64,000 nucleotides of DNA. It comes from a virus (lineage: Duplodnaviria > Caudoviricetes). Shown in pieces: positions 17,677 through 27,180 of the stretch (position 1 is its first letter; every line of letters starts with the position of its first letter). Under the pieces are notes generated by a model. The model did no database searches, was not told the DNA's origin, and was given only the letters and a program-made list of their open reading frames with translations. The position numbers and the translations under genes are program-made. The stretch is taken from positions 3,126 to 67,125 of IMG/VR virus record IMGVR_UViG_2913584337_000003; one strand, written 5' to 3'.

Positions 17677-17831
17677 TGCTGGCGTTAAAAATCGTTTGCT
17701 GGCTAGTTATACTCGGCAGTGTTTTAGGAGGCGACTGGAAGCCGGAGAATTACTTTTCCAATACGCTAATATTTATCGTATGTATTCTCGTACTAACAGC
17801 GATGTACGTCACGGAATTGGTGGCGAAATGA
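17676..17831 (+). CDS. small membrane protein (51 aa)
   Basis: TGATG coupling; MLALKIVCWLVILGSVLGG...; two hydrophobic segments; not in ORF track. Confidence 0.55.
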   Translation: MLALKIVCWLVILGSVLGGDWKPENYFSNTLIFIVCILVLTAMYVTELVAK

Positions 17832-18031
17832 TTTCGAATGTACTCAACTTTGCGTTAGTCATGGCGATTACGTACTTCACGGTGCCCATCGCCTTGCCCG
17901 GCGCTGACCTGACGCTGAGTCAAAGCGCTGCAATTACGTTGCTGGCGTTCGTGTGGCGGACGTTGCTGTCGCCTGAGCCGCCGAAAGTGTATTTAGTTAA
18001 CGGACAATTAACCGAGGAGGATGCGGAATGA
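17828..18031 (+). CDS. small membrane protein
   Basis: ATGA coupling; MISNVLNFALVMAITYF... Confidence 0.55.
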   Translation: MISNVLNFALVMAITYFTVPIALPGADLTLSQSAAITLLAFVWRTLLSPEPPKVYLVNGQLTEEDAE

Positions 18032-18195
18032 TACGTTTAATAGGGAAGGAATTAACTAACGTTACAGAAATGAATGACGAAATCGAATTAGAGTTCGATA
18101 GCGAGATTGTTGTTAAAATAACCGGAGGATACTGCCAGGAAGTTTTTGCGGAATTATTGCGCAAGAAAGTCACTTACGAGAAATTTAACGATTAA
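18028..18195 (+). CDS. small hypothetical protein (55 aa)
   Basis: RBS GGAGG; MIRLIGKELTNVTEMNDEIELEFD... Confidence 0.6.
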   Translation: MIRLIGKELTNVTEMNDEIELEFDSEIVVKITGGYCQEVFAELLRKKVTYEKFND

Positions 18196-18207
18196 GGAGG
18201 AATCGGA

Positions 18208-18912
18208 ATGAAATCATATGTAGTGCTCGATTTAGAAACGACAGGGCTAGATTACACGAAGGAGCAAATTACGGAGATTGGCGCGATTAAGATTGACTCG
18301 GAATTTAACGAGATTGATAGGTTTCATACGATGGTCGCGCTAGCACCCGGCAAAGAGATTCCGGAATTTATTACGAAACTGACTGGTATCACAGCCGAGC
18401 ATTTAGAAGGAGCGCCGACAGAGCAGTGTTCGCTGGAATTACTTGAAGAATTTATTGGTGATTCGGTAGTCGTTGCTCAAAATGCTCCGTTTGACCTTTC
18501 GTTTATAAGTCGCGGGGGAATAGAACCGAAAAGTTTCATATGTACTCGCGCATTAGCTAGATTCGTAGAACCAGAATTATCGGCGAGTTTAAAAGACGTA
18601 ACCGCACGAAACGGCATCCAATTAAACGGACATCACCGTGCCTTGAATGACGTTGAAGCCACGATCGAAGTGTTAAAACTTTATACGAAAAGGGCGGAAA
18701 GGTGTTGCTACCAAAACATCGTTATAGATGAACCGAGCAGGCCATTAAAGTTTACGCCTAAAAACGCAATCATTCGAACAGTCGGTTATGTCGCGCTGGA
18801 TATCGAAGAGTTAAAGCATATCATTTCGAAATTACACACGGATAATGTGCTGCGATTGAGTTTGGAAGGCGTAGTGAGACGATTGAAAGGAGCGGGTGAC
18901 TTATCGAAATAA
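18208..18912 (+). CDS. DEDDh 3'-5' exonuclease (DnaQ/PolC-exo-like)
   Basis: VVLDLETTG, AQNAPFD, HRALNDV. Confidence 0.9.
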   Translation: MKSYVVLDLETTGLDYTKEQITEIGAIKIDSEFNEIDRFHTMVALAPGKEIPEFITKLTGITAEHLEGAPTEQCSLELLEEFIGDSVVVAQNAPFDLSFISRGGIEPKSFICTRALARFVEPELSASLKDVTARNGIQLNGHHRALNDVEATIEVLKLYTKRAERCCYQNIVIDEPSRPLKFTPKNAIIRTVGYVALDIEELKHIISKLHTDNVLRLSLEGVVRRLKGAGDLSK

Positions 18913-19880
18913 ATATTAACGAAATCGCGCAACAATTTACGCAGGAACTTGACCGCTGGTATTCGCAGCCTGAGTGCTGGGATAACGAATTAGATACGAT
19001 GATTCATCGGTGGTATTCGAACCCACCGACTGTGTGGCCGAAGCGCCCGTATTTCTCACCGTCAAACTCGAAGGCATGTCCGCGTGAGCTATACGTCAAA
19101 GCCAAGCGCGCGAAGAAGGACGCCTTTCCGAAGCAACCGCATCAAGGGCGCTGGCAGGAAATCGGAACAGCTATTGGCGATGTTATTCAACGGACTGTAC
19201 TCGCAATGGAGCGCAATTTGCCCGGATGCCCATTTCGATTCGAGCGTAACGAAGATGGCACGCCACTATTCGAAGATTTTGCGAAACGTAACACGGAAAT
19301 TAACCACAACGGGCAGCGCTTTTACCTGTACGGAACATGCGACGGAATCATGCAGTATGTGAACGAAGATGGCGAGATCGTTCGCGTTGGACTCGAGGTC
19401 AAGTCGAAGCAATCTACGCCGGCTAAGACGTCGCTTTACTCCTTCAAGGAAGCCGAGGAAGGCCACCGAAAGCAATGCGTAGCCTACTCGATTATGTACA
19501 ACGTCGATTATTACATCATTCTTTACGTGAATGCAGCGAAGAAGGCGTGGGTCATGAGCGACGAGGAATACGAAGCGACTCCGGACATTCGAGCGTTTGG
19601 CTTCGAGATTACGGATGCCGATCGTGCGGAATTACTTGATAACTTTGCGGAAATTGCGAAGTGTATTAATACCGACGTCCCTCCGGCACTCGACTTATCG
19701 CGTTGGACATTCAATAACTTCAAGATGGCATGTGCGCAAAGTTTAAGTGACGAAGAGTTTGCGATATTAAAGGCGCAAGTCAAACGAGCGCAACGAAGCG
19801 GTTTACCAGAATGGAAAAAGCAGCAATACGTCGACGCGTTCATGTTCATCCAAGGAGCGCGCGAGAAGGAGGCGAAGTAA
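18903..19880 (+). CDS. PD-(D/E)XK (Cas4/RecB-like) exonuclease
   Basis: FSPS..CPRELY, GTCDG, LEVKSK, QCVAYS; frame extends to ATC 18903 behind RBS AAGGAG. Confidence 0.75.
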   Translation: MEININEIAQQFTQELDRWYSQPECWDNELDTMIHRWYSNPPTVWPKRPYFSPSNSKACPRELYVKAKRAKKDAFPKQPHQGRWQEIGTAIGDVIQRTVLAMERNLPGCPFRFERNEDGTPLFEDFAKRNTEINHNGQRFYLYGTCDGIMQYVNEDGEIVRVGLEVKSKQSTPAKTSLYSFKEAEEGHRKQCVAYSIMYNVDYYIILYVNAAKKAWVMSDEEYEATPDIRAFGFEITDADRAELLDNFAEIAKCINTDVPPALDLSRWTFNNFKMACAQSLSDEEFAILKAQVKRAQRSGLPEWKKQQYVDAFMFIQGAREKEAK

Positions 19881-20077
19881 TGAATAAAGAACTGTACGTG
19901 CTTGGCGTTTTCGATGATGACGGCGATTTAACTGAGTTTGTTCGCAAAGGACGTAATTGGTCTATAAGCGGATATGATTCTATCGGCAGCGCCAAACGTG
20001 GGCTATCGCAGTCAATAAAGTACGGGAGACGCGACATAAGAATCGTCAAAGCAAACGGTTTAGAGGTCGTAGAATGA
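19880..20077 (+). CDS. hypothetical protein
   Basis: RBS AAGGAGG, TAATG coupling. Confidence 0.6.
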   Translation: MNKELYVLGVFDDDGDLTEFVRKGRNWSISGYDSIGSAKRGLSQSIKYGRRDIRIVKANGLEVVE

Positions 20078-20619
20078 GAGTTCTAGCGTTCGACACCTCG
20101 CTTTCATTACCTGGCGTGGCAATCATCGAAGTTAAAAACGGCAAGCCACGTATTATTGCGCTATCACACATCCGAACGGACTCGAAAACTCAATCGCACG
20201 GATTACGTGCCGACATCGTCGAGTCTTGGGCGACATTATTTATCGCTAAGCACATCGGCAAGGGAATCGAGGTCTGTCTGCGTGAAGACTTTAACGGACA
20301 GTCGTCGACGCAAAACTATCCGGTCTTTGCGGCATGGTCTGGAACCGAACGCGCAGCCGATAAATTCGGAATCAAGTTTACGAAATGGACGGAAGAGGCG
20401 AAAGGCGGGCGAAAGAAAACTTCGCTCGGCCCGTCTCCTTCGAAAGTGAAACTGATCATGACCGGTTCAGGCAAGGCGGAAAAAGAAGATGTTGCAGAAT
20501 CTGTACGCAAGTTAACCGGCTACACTGGCGAATTTGCAACGTTTGATGAAAGTGATGCTGCGGCGATTGGGCTTGCGTATCTGATTCGCGAAGGATTAAT
20601 AAAAACGGAGGGATATTGA
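20074..20619 (+). CDS. RuvC-like Holliday junction resolvase
   Basis: VLAFDTSL, PSKVK..TGSGKAEKEDV, DESDAAAIG. Confidence 0.85.
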   Translation: MRVLAFDTSLSLPGVAIIEVKNGKPRIIALSHIRTDSKTQSHGLRADIVESWATLFIAKHIGKGIEVCLREDFNGQSSTQNYPVFAAWSGTERAADKFGIKFTKWTEEAKGGRKKTSLGPSPSKVKLIMTGSGKAEKEDVAESVRKLTGYTGEFATFDESDAAAIGLAYLIREGLIKTEGY

Positions 20620-20945
20620 TGGGATATTACACTAGTTATACTCTTAAAGTACACGAAGGAGAACGTAGAATTCAGGACATTCTTGCGGAAGAATTCGACA
20701 ACGGCGAGTTTGACTTAGAATATATTTTAGATGAAGACGGCAACCCTTACGATTCTTGTAAATGGTACGACCACGAAAAGGATATGCGGTCATTTTCGAA
20801 ACTGTATCCGGACGTCACTTTCGTTCTAAGCGGAGAAGGCGAAGAGGCTGGCGATTTGTGGAAGAAGTATTTCCGCAACGGTAAGATGCACGAATGCTCC
20901 GTATTTATCACTTACGAAGCGTTTGATGAGTCGAAGTTGCGATGA
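20616..20945 (+). CDS. conserved phage hypothetical protein
   Basis: MGYYT ... KWYDHEKDMRSFSKLYP ... GEGEEAGDLW. Confidence 0.75.
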   Translation: MMGYYTSYTLKVHEGERRIQDILAEEFDNGEFDLEYILDEDGNPYDSCKWYDHEKDMRSFSKLYPDVTFVLSGEGEEAGDLWKKYFRNGKMHECSVFITYEAFDESKLR

Positions 20946-21133
20946 CCACCGAAGAAACATATCGAAAGCTACTCGCCGACCTCCAACGGGATCTCACCGA
21001 AATTGAGCACGAAATGGAACGGCTGAAGGGCGCTTACAGGGAGAAAATGGATGAATACTACAAAGTGTCAGCGGGGATTTACGGAATTGAGGCAGAATTG
21101 GACGAATTAAAGCGGATTAAGGGAGCGGATTAA
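20942..21133 (+). CDS. small coiled-coil protein
   Basis: 63 aa, coupled start. Confidence 0.6.
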   Translation: MTTEETYRKLLADLQRDLTEIEHEMERLKGAYREKMDEYYKVSAGIYGIEAELDELKRIKGAD

Positions 21134-23641
21134 GTGACTGTATATACTAACGAATTAAAAGCGGAATTAAACGAGGACATTGCGCAATTCAACCAGGTAT
21201 TTCCGATTACAGACGATATGAACATGGCGTTCAGCGGCGTGTCGCGGCTAATCATGCTCGACCGTTATACGTTTAAGGATACGGAAAAGAAAACGCTAAA
21301 AGTTGGCGACTTCGTAGTGCTGACTGTTAAAACTGATCCGAAGTTTCCGGCGCGAGGCTACGGCTATGTAACCGCAATCGATTGGGCCGAGCGAAAGGTC
21401 AGCGTAAAACTAGACGAGTCATTTGTCGGTGTTCTTGAAGATGCGGAGGAAATTGCGACCGGCATCGTGACTCGCCCATTAGATATTATCGACAAGCCCC
21501 TCGAAATCTATTACGAGCAGATTGCGAAAAGGAATGCGAAAGGGTTGGCCAGCGTTGAGACTGACGAAGCCAAACGTGAGCAAGCAGAGCGCGACTTTTA
21601 CGAAATCTTGGCGTCATTGGACTTCGTGCCGGGCGGGCGTGTTTTATACGGAGCGGGCAGCGATACAGATGTGACTTTTTTCAACTGCTACGTTATGCCA
21701 TATCCGCAAGACAGTCGTGAAGGGATCGGGGAGCACCGCAATAAAGTAATGGAAATAATGTCCAGAGGTGGGGGCGTTGGAACAAACGGATCAACGTTGC
21801 GCCCCAAAAACGCAATCGCTAAAGGCGTCAACGGAAAGTCCAGCGGCTCGGTTTCGTGGCTTGATGACATCGCTAAACTGACGCACTTAGTCGAGCAGGG
21901 CGGTTCGAGGCGCGGCGCCCAGATGATAATGCTTGCGGACTGGCATCCCGATATTGTCGAGTTCATCATTTCGAAAATGCAAAATCCGAGAATTCTTCGC
22001 TTTATTATCGAAACAACAAACGACGAACAGATTCGCAGGCTGGCGCAAGATAAGCTGAAGTTTACGCCTTTGACCCAAGTTGAACGAGAGGTTTATGAGG
22101 AAGCGTTCGAATATTTAAGTATTTCTGACGGGGCTTACTCGTACTTGAAAGCTAAACTATCGGACGGCGGTCGCTACTCCGTCAACAACCCGGACTTCCT
22201 AACCGGAGCCAATATCTCCGTTGCAATCACGAAAGAATTTATGGCAGCGGTCGAAAACGATGCCGAATATGAGCTCCGATTCCCTGACATCGAAAATTAC
22301 AGCGCATACGACAAAGCGCTATACAATGACGCATGGCATAAGCACGGTGACGTTCGCGAATGGGAGGCGCTAGGCTTCGGTATTAAGACTTATCGCACGA
22401 TCAAGGCGAAGGAACTTTGGAACCTAATTAATATTTGCGCAACGTACAGCGCCGAGCCTGGCATCTTCTTTATCGACAATGCGAACGAAAAGACGAACGC
22501 CCAGGCTTACGGCCAAAAAGTAGTTGCAACAAATCCATGCGGTGAACAGCCGCTGGCGCCATACAGCGTCTGCAACCTTGCGGCAGTAAATCTCGCCAAT
22601 ATGGTCGACAAGCAAACGAAGACTGTCGATATTGAGCGCTTAAAGAATACCGTCGAAGTAGGCGTCCGCATGATGGATAACGTTATTGATGCTACTCCGT
22701 ACTTCTTGCCGGAAAACACGAAGCAAGCACTCGGAGAAAGGCGCCTGGGCATGGGCGTCATGGGGCTGCACGATTTACTGATTTATTGCGAAGCTGAATA
22801 CGGAAGCGAGCACGGCAACGAAATCGTCGACCAAGTATTCGAAATTATGGCAACGACTGCCTATGAGACTTCCGTGAAATTAGCGCAGGAAAAAGGCGCA
22901 TTCCCGTTCTTAACCGGCGGCGATTTTCTCGAAAAGCGTGGTAAATTTATTGATTCCGGATATATGCGAGAAATGCCGGAACATATCCGTGACATGGTTT
23001 TGACATACGGCATCCGCAACTCGCATCTATTAACGGTCGCACCGACGGGCAGTACCGGATCAATGGTCGGATGCTCGACCGGACTAGAGCCGTACTTTTC
23101 GTTTAAGTATTACCGCAGCGGGCGCCTCGGCAAGTTTATGGAAGTCAACGCGGAAATCGTGCAAGAGTATCTCGACGCTAATCCGGGCGCCGATCCGAAT
23201 AATTTGCCTGCGTGGTTTGTCAGCGCAATGGAACTGGCGCCAGAGCAGCATGTCGACGTTCAATGTATTATTCAGCGGTGGATCGATTCGTCACTGTCCA
23301 AGACGGTAAATGCTCCGAGGGGATATTCGGTGGAGCAGGTCGAAGCGGTATATCAGCGCCTGTACAAAGGCGGCGCAAAAGGCGGAACAGTATACGTTGA
23401 CGGCTCGCGTGATTCGCAGGTGCTGACGCTGAAAGCCGAGGAAAATACGTTTGACAATTCCGAGCCAGTAGCGACGCACGTTGTCCTAGTGAATACGATC
23501 AATGACGTCAGGTCGACCGATGTGAATGTCGGTAATGAGGTAGGCGATACGTGTCCGGTGTGCAGAAAAGGCGAAGTGATTGATGCGGGGGGATGTACGA
23601 CGTGTAATAATTGCGGCGCTCAGTTAAAATGCGGCTTGTGA
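21134..23641 (+). CDS. nrdJ: class II (adenosylcobalamin-dependent) ribonucleotide reductase
   Basis: FNCYV, RRGAQM, TNPCGEQPL, VAPTGS, C-terminal CPVC/CNNC ribbon; no beta-subunit gene nearby. Confidence 0.9.
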   Translation: MTVYTNELKAELNEDIAQFNQVFPITDDMNMAFSGVSRLIMLDRYTFKDTEKKTLKVGDFVVLTVKTDPKFPARGYGYVTAIDWAERKVSVKLDESFVGVLEDAEEIATGIVTRPLDIIDKPLEIYYEQIAKRNAKGLASVETDEAKREQAERDFYEILASLDFVPGGRVLYGAGSDTDVTFFNCYVMPYPQDSREGIGEHRNKVMEIMSRGGGVGTNGSTLRPKNAIAKGVNGKSSGSVSWLDDIAKLTHLVEQGGSRRGAQMIMLADWHPDIVEFIISKMQNPRILRFIIETTNDEQIRRLAQDKLKFTPLTQVEREVYEEAFEYLSISDGAYSYLKAKLSDGGRYSVNNPDFLTGANISVAITKEFMAAVENDAEYELRFPDIENYSAYDKALYNDAWHKHGDVREWEALGFGIKTYRTIKAKELWNLINICATYSAEPGIFFIDNANEKTNAQAYGQKVVATNPCGEQPLAPYSVCNLAAVNLANMVDKQTKTVDIERLKNTVEVGVRMMDNVIDATPYFLPENTKQALGERRLGMGVMGLHDLLIYCEAEYGSEHGNEIVDQVFEIMATTAYETSVKLAQEKGAFPFLTGGDFLEKRGKFIDSGYMREMPEHIRDMVLTYGIRNSHLLTVAPTGSTGSMVGCSTGLEPYFSFKYYRSGRLGKFMEVNAEIVQEYLDANPGADPNNLPAWFVSAMELAPEQHVDVQCIIQRWIDSSLSKTVNAPRGYSVEQVEAVYQRLYKGGAKGGTVYVDGSRDSQVLTLKAEENTFDNSEPVATHVVLVNTINDVRSTDVNVGNEVGDTCPVCRKGEVIDAGGCTTCNNCGAQLKCGL

Positions 23642-23658
23642 TTATTTAGCGCAACAAC

Positions 23659-23689
23659 TGCGCGACTTTACATTCTCGCGCCTATTATA
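23659..23689 (+). promoter_or_regulatory. putative phage-specific promoter, copy 2
   Basis: TGCGCGA-N11-CGCGCCTATTATA, same motif and spacing as 10329. Confidence 0.55.
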
Positions 23690-23784
23690 AAGTAAGAGGG
23701 CGCCGGCTTAATCGCTGGCGTCCACGACTAATATCTAGTGAGGACGCAAATAATGGCGTCAATCGCATAGAGGAGGCTATACGG

Positions 23785-24501
23785 ATGGGGTATTTCGGAA
23801 TCAGCTCACGTAATTCAGCGCAAAAGGCGGCAATGACCGCGCTCAGCAACGATAAGCCATTTACGTTTTTAACCGGGCCGGCGGGCAGCGGCAAAACGCT
23901 CATCGCGCAGGCAGTCGGCCTGGAACACGTCATTGAGAAACGCAGCAAGCGAAAGCTCATATACACGCGACTTCAAACGCAGGTCGGCATGGATGTCGGC
24001 GCACTGCCCGGCGACCTAAACGAAAAGACGTTCCCGTTCATCGCGCCATTTATGGACAATCTCGAAGTGATGACCGATAAGCCTGGCGAAATCAAGAAGT
24101 ATTTTTCGGAGGGTGACGAAGATAAGCGCAAGATATTCTTCGACTCAATCCAGACGATCCGCGGGCGCTCGCTCAATCATACGTTTTTCCTTGGCGATGA
24201 ATTCCAAAACCTCGACGTCCACACGATGGCAGCAATCGCAACCCGCCCAGGCTTGAACGCCAAATTCGTATTCATGGGCAACTTTTCGCAGATTGATAGT
24301 CCGCGATTGAGGAGCACGAAGACGAACGGGCTATACCAGTTGCTCAACGGATTATACGAACAAGGGGCTACGGAATACTTTGATCACGTTAACTTAACGG
24401 AAACGCAAAGGCATCCGGTGGTTGACGTAGTGGAGTCGATTTTACGTAATCACGAGATGGCGCCGGAGTTTGAGGCGTTGGAAGCGCGAGGCAATCAGTA
24501 G
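23785..24501 (+). CDS. phoH: PhoH-family ATPase
   Basis: GPAGSGKT, LPGDL, RGRSL, DEFQN, QID. Confidence 0.9.
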   Translation: MGYFGISSRNSAQKAAMTALSNDKPFTFLTGPAGSGKTLIAQAVGLEHVIEKRSKRKLIYTRLQTQVGMDVGALPGDLNEKTFPFIAPFMDNLEVMTDKPGEIKKYFSEGDEDKRKIFFDSIQTIRGRSLNHTFFLGDEFQNLDVHTMAAIATRPGLNAKFVFMGNFSQIDSPRLRSTKTNGLYQLLNGLYEQGATEYFDHVNLTETQRHPVVDVVESILRNHEMAPEFEALEARGNQ

Positions 24502-24512
24502 AAAAATACGAA
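24488..24512 (+). repeat. putative cassette recombination site E1
   Basis: GAGGCAATC-AGTAGAA-AAATACGAA (7-nt spacer) overlapping the phoH stop, followed by RBS. Confidence 0.5.
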
Positions 24513-24524
24513 GGAGTGAATTTC

Positions 24525-24683
24525 TTGAAAAAATGGTTTTGGACGACTTTGCTGATAACACTAATCCCTTTGTGGGTTGTGCTGTATTTGATTGGCATGA
24601 TGGGCATGGCATCCTCTTATCTTTGGGAAAATGTTTACCATTCGGTGTACAGACGAGCAGGAAGTCCCCTTGATAAAAAATAG
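24525..24683 (+). CDS. small membrane protein (52 aa), cassette gene
   Basis: RBS AAGGAG, TTG, MKKWFWTTLLITLIPLWVVLYLIGMMGMASSYLWENV...; not in ORF track. Confidence 0.7.
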   Translation: MKKWFWTTLLITLIPLWVVLYLIGMMGMASSYLWENVYHSVYRRAGSPLDKK

Positions 24684-24690
24684 TAGTTAT

Positions 24691-24714
24691 GACGCACTTC
24701 GATCCAACCGCGCA
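24691..24714 (+). repeat. putative cassette recombination site E2
   Basis: GACGCACTT-CGATCC-AACCGCGCA just after the stop codon. Confidence 0.65.
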
Positions 24715-24783
24715 ACTAAAAGGAGGCACACGCCATGCTTAAGAAACATGTAGCCGCCATCGTACTAGAAAGGGGCGCTATCA

Positions 24784-25005
24784 ATGCGTAAATACACGGT
24801 CGGAATAAACGTTAACACAATCGACGAGTTAGTCGGAATGGGCGTAAAAGTCAAGGCATTCCTCACGGACATTGGCGATGGCGACCTCGATTTGCAACTG
24901 ATGGTCAATCCGCACGGCGATCAGTTCGCGGAATCGCATGCAATCGGATTCGTATCAGGCAGTAGCGAACATGACACAGAAGACGATGAAGAAATAGAGG
25001 AATAG
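24784..25005 (+). CDS. hypothetical protein
   Basis: 73 aa, RBS AAGGGG. Confidence 0.6.
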   Translation: MRKYTVGINVNTIDELVGMGVKVKAFLTDIGDGDLDLQLMVNPHGDQFAESHAIGFVSGSSEHDTEDDEEIEE

Positions 25006-25036
25006 GTTCGTAGGGATGACGAAGGAGGAGCCGGAA

Positions 25037-25399
25037 TTGAATAACGATAAATTAACGCAAATGTATGAAATGCAGACGCAATTAGATTCACGAATTAGTG
25101 AGGAACGCGGAATCGACAAAACGACCGACGAATGGGTAGTCGGACTGACTATCGCAATGGAATCGGAAATCGACGAGATACGGCGTGAGGTTAACTGGAA
25201 GTGGTGGAAGAATCCGAGGGAGATCGATAAGGACGCTTTGCAGGGTGAGGTAATCGATTTGTGGCATTTTCTACTTTCGATGTCACGCGTGGTGGGCTTA
25301 GAGGCTGACGATATTCACCGTTTGTATATGGAGAAGAACGCAGAAAATCACGCCAGGCAAGACGGCACAAGCGTTAAAGAAGGATATTCGGCAAAATAA
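25037..25399 (+). CDS. dimeric dUTPase (dUTPase_2 family)
   Basis: EIDE ... NWKWWK ... EVIDLWHFLLS ... KNAENHARQ. Confidence 0.85.
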   Translation: MNNDKLTQMYEMQTQLDSRISEERGIDKTTDEWVVGLTIAMESEIDEIRREVNWKWWKNPREIDKDALQGEVIDLWHFLLSMSRVVGLEADDIHRLYMEKNAENHARQDGTSVKEGYSAK

Positions 25400-25515
25400 A
25401 AAGAGGGGTTTGCTGTTCATGTCTACAGAGTTTCCTAGACACTAGTTGCCCAAAAACGTTTGCAACATAAAACCACCTCCACTGATAATGTACCATAAAT
25501 TACTAGATTCGTAAA
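25393..25515 (-). ncRNA. candidate small RNA or 8-aa micropeptide unit with its own sigmaA promoter
   Basis: TTTACG-17-TACATT (TGn-extended); ~85-nt three-way-junction fold; ORF MLQTFLGN* at 25442-25468 with RBS GGAGG; U-rich 3' end. Confidence 0.5.
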
Positions 25516-25527
25516 GGAGTTTTTATA

Positions 25528-26340
25528 ATGGTGGAAACTAAAATGAACGTCGTACTACTGGCACATACGCAACTAAGCGAGAAGTTTTACGACAGCTTCG
25601 ATATATACGGACACAGTTACGAAGGAAATAAGTTAGACAACACGGGCGCAACTGACGGCCAAGCGGTCGCACTCTCCGCAATCCGCACGTGCTATTCTCC
25701 GGGAAATCCTTCGGAAATCGTCGTAAAGGAAGGCGTCAAGTATTTCGGAGCACGAGCGACCGATGGCAAGGAAGGCACGGAAGCCGACCGCCTGTTCCGT
25801 CAAATAGTGGCGTCCAAACATACGAGTACGTTGGAGCATATCTCGTTCACCTTTGCGATTGAAAGCGTATCTCGCGCATTGTTAGCGCAACTCACACGGC
25901 ATCGTGTAGGTTTTAGCTTTAGCGTACAGAGTCAACGATATGTCCGTTTTGGAAGCGACGATCGTAGTGGCGGATTTGATTATGCCGTACCAGAGACGAT
26001 AAAGAATAGCGCTAAAACGGTTGAATTAGAATTAAACGCCAATACAAAACACAAGTATACCGCGGAAGAATATTTCGAATTATTTATGCAAGAAATTCAA
26101 TCGGTATACGATAAGTTGCGTGAATTAGGCGTACCAGCCGAAGATGCTCGCGCAGTCCTACCGAACGCAGCGGCAACTAATTTAGTCATGACGGCCAACC
26201 TTCGCGCCCTGCTCGACTTCTATGCAAAGAGGCGTGAGGGTCGCGGTGCACAAGGCGAAATATGTTCTCTAGCGGAGGAACTACGCAAGCAAGTCGTAGC
26301 CGTAGAGCCATGGGTCGACCAATTCTTCGAAGGAGCGTGA
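25528..26340 (+). CDS. thyX: FAD-dependent thymidylate synthase
   Basis: HTSTLEH, RHRVGFSFSVQSQRY, EDARAVLP. Confidence 0.95.
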   Translation: MVETKMNVVLLAHTQLSEKFYDSFDIYGHSYEGNKLDNTGATDGQAVALSAIRTCYSPGNPSEIVVKEGVKYFGARATDGKEGTEADRLFRQIVASKHTSTLEHISFTFAIESVSRALLAQLTRHRVGFSFSVQSQRYVRFGSDDRSGGFDYAVPETIKNSAKTVELELNANTKHKYTAEEYFELFMQEIQSVYDKLRELGVPAEDARAVLPNAAATNLVMTANLRALLDFYAKRREGRGAQGEICSLAEELRKQVVAVEPWVDQFFEGA

Positions 26341-26344
26341 TTCT

Positions 26345-26857
26345 ATCGTAATCGCAACGTGGGTACTAGCGCATTATTTACTATTATCGGAATTAGAAGC
26401 CGCAAAGTCTCCGGAGCCCTACGTTATCAAAGTTGGGGAATCGGAGTACGAACGGAGGGTTAAGGCGGAGGTGGCTAAACGTGAGAAAAGACGAGAAGCA
26501 AGGGATGCTCATCTACGCGCTAATACTCGTAGCGATAGAAATGTGGGTAGTAATCAGTGGCTAACGTTCGATGCCACGGCTTACACCGCAGGCCCCGAAT
26601 CAACCGGCAAATCGCCCGGCGACGCAGACTACGGAATCACAGCCAGCGGAAGGCACGTCCGAGAGAATCATACGATTGCCTGTCCGAAATCCATTGCGCT
26701 AGATACTCGCATGGAAATCGAAGGGCTCGGCGTTAGGACGTGCGATGATCGCGGAGGAGCAATAACCGACGGCAGACTCGATATTTACTTTGAGGACGTG
26801 GCAGACGCGAGGGAGTTCGGCAGACGGACGGTCAGGGCGCGGATAATCGAAAATTAG
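26345..26857 (+). CDS. 3D-domain cell-wall protein
   Basis: ATAYT, GITASG, DDRGGAI, LDIYF, FGRRTV; frame extends to ATC 26345 with RBS AAGGAG and a hydrophobic N-terminus. Confidence 0.8.
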   Translation: MVIATWVLAHYLLLSELEAAKSPEPYVIKVGESEYERRVKAEVAKREKRREARDAHLRANTRSDRNVGSNQWLTFDATAYTAGPESTGKSPGDADYGITASGRHVRENHTIACPKSIALDTRMEIEGLGVRTCDDRGGAITDGRLDIYFEDVADAREFGRRTVRARIIEN

Positions 26858-26868
26858 GAGGCGAAAAG

Positions 26869-27180
26869 ATGAGCGAATTAAAGTTCACGGTAGGCTCAAA
26901 TGTTTACAACGTTGTCGAGATTGACGGTCTTATGCGTAAATACGATCTATATGGACAAGTAACGTATAGCGACTGCCGTATCGAGATTGAGCCATCGCTG
27001 GGAGCAACGCGAAAAACAAACGTTATTATACACGAATTATTACACGCATGTCTTTTTGAAGCGGGCTACGACGATCAAGACGAAGAGTTAGTACGTAGGC
27101 TCGGTAATGTGGTGACGCAAGTAATCGGCGACAATTTAGCCACATTCGATAAACTACTCGAAATGGAGGAATCGGAATGA
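26869..27180 (+). CDS. HExxH metallopeptidase-like protein
   Basis: IIHELLHA. Confidence 0.7.
   Translation: MSELKFTVGSNVYNVVEIDGLMRKYDLYGQVTYSDCRIEIEPSLGATRKTNVIIHELLHACLFEAGYDDQDEELVRRLGNVVTQVIGDNLATFDKLLEMEESE

Noticed and set aside
18903-19880. Cas4 as evidence of CRISPR-Cas
   Set aside because: Stand-alone PD-(D/E)XK exonuclease in a replication module; no cas1/cas2 or array
14997-23641. Inteins or introns in DNA polymerase or nrdJ
   Set aside because: Both ORFs are of normal length with contiguous motifs and no splice motifs
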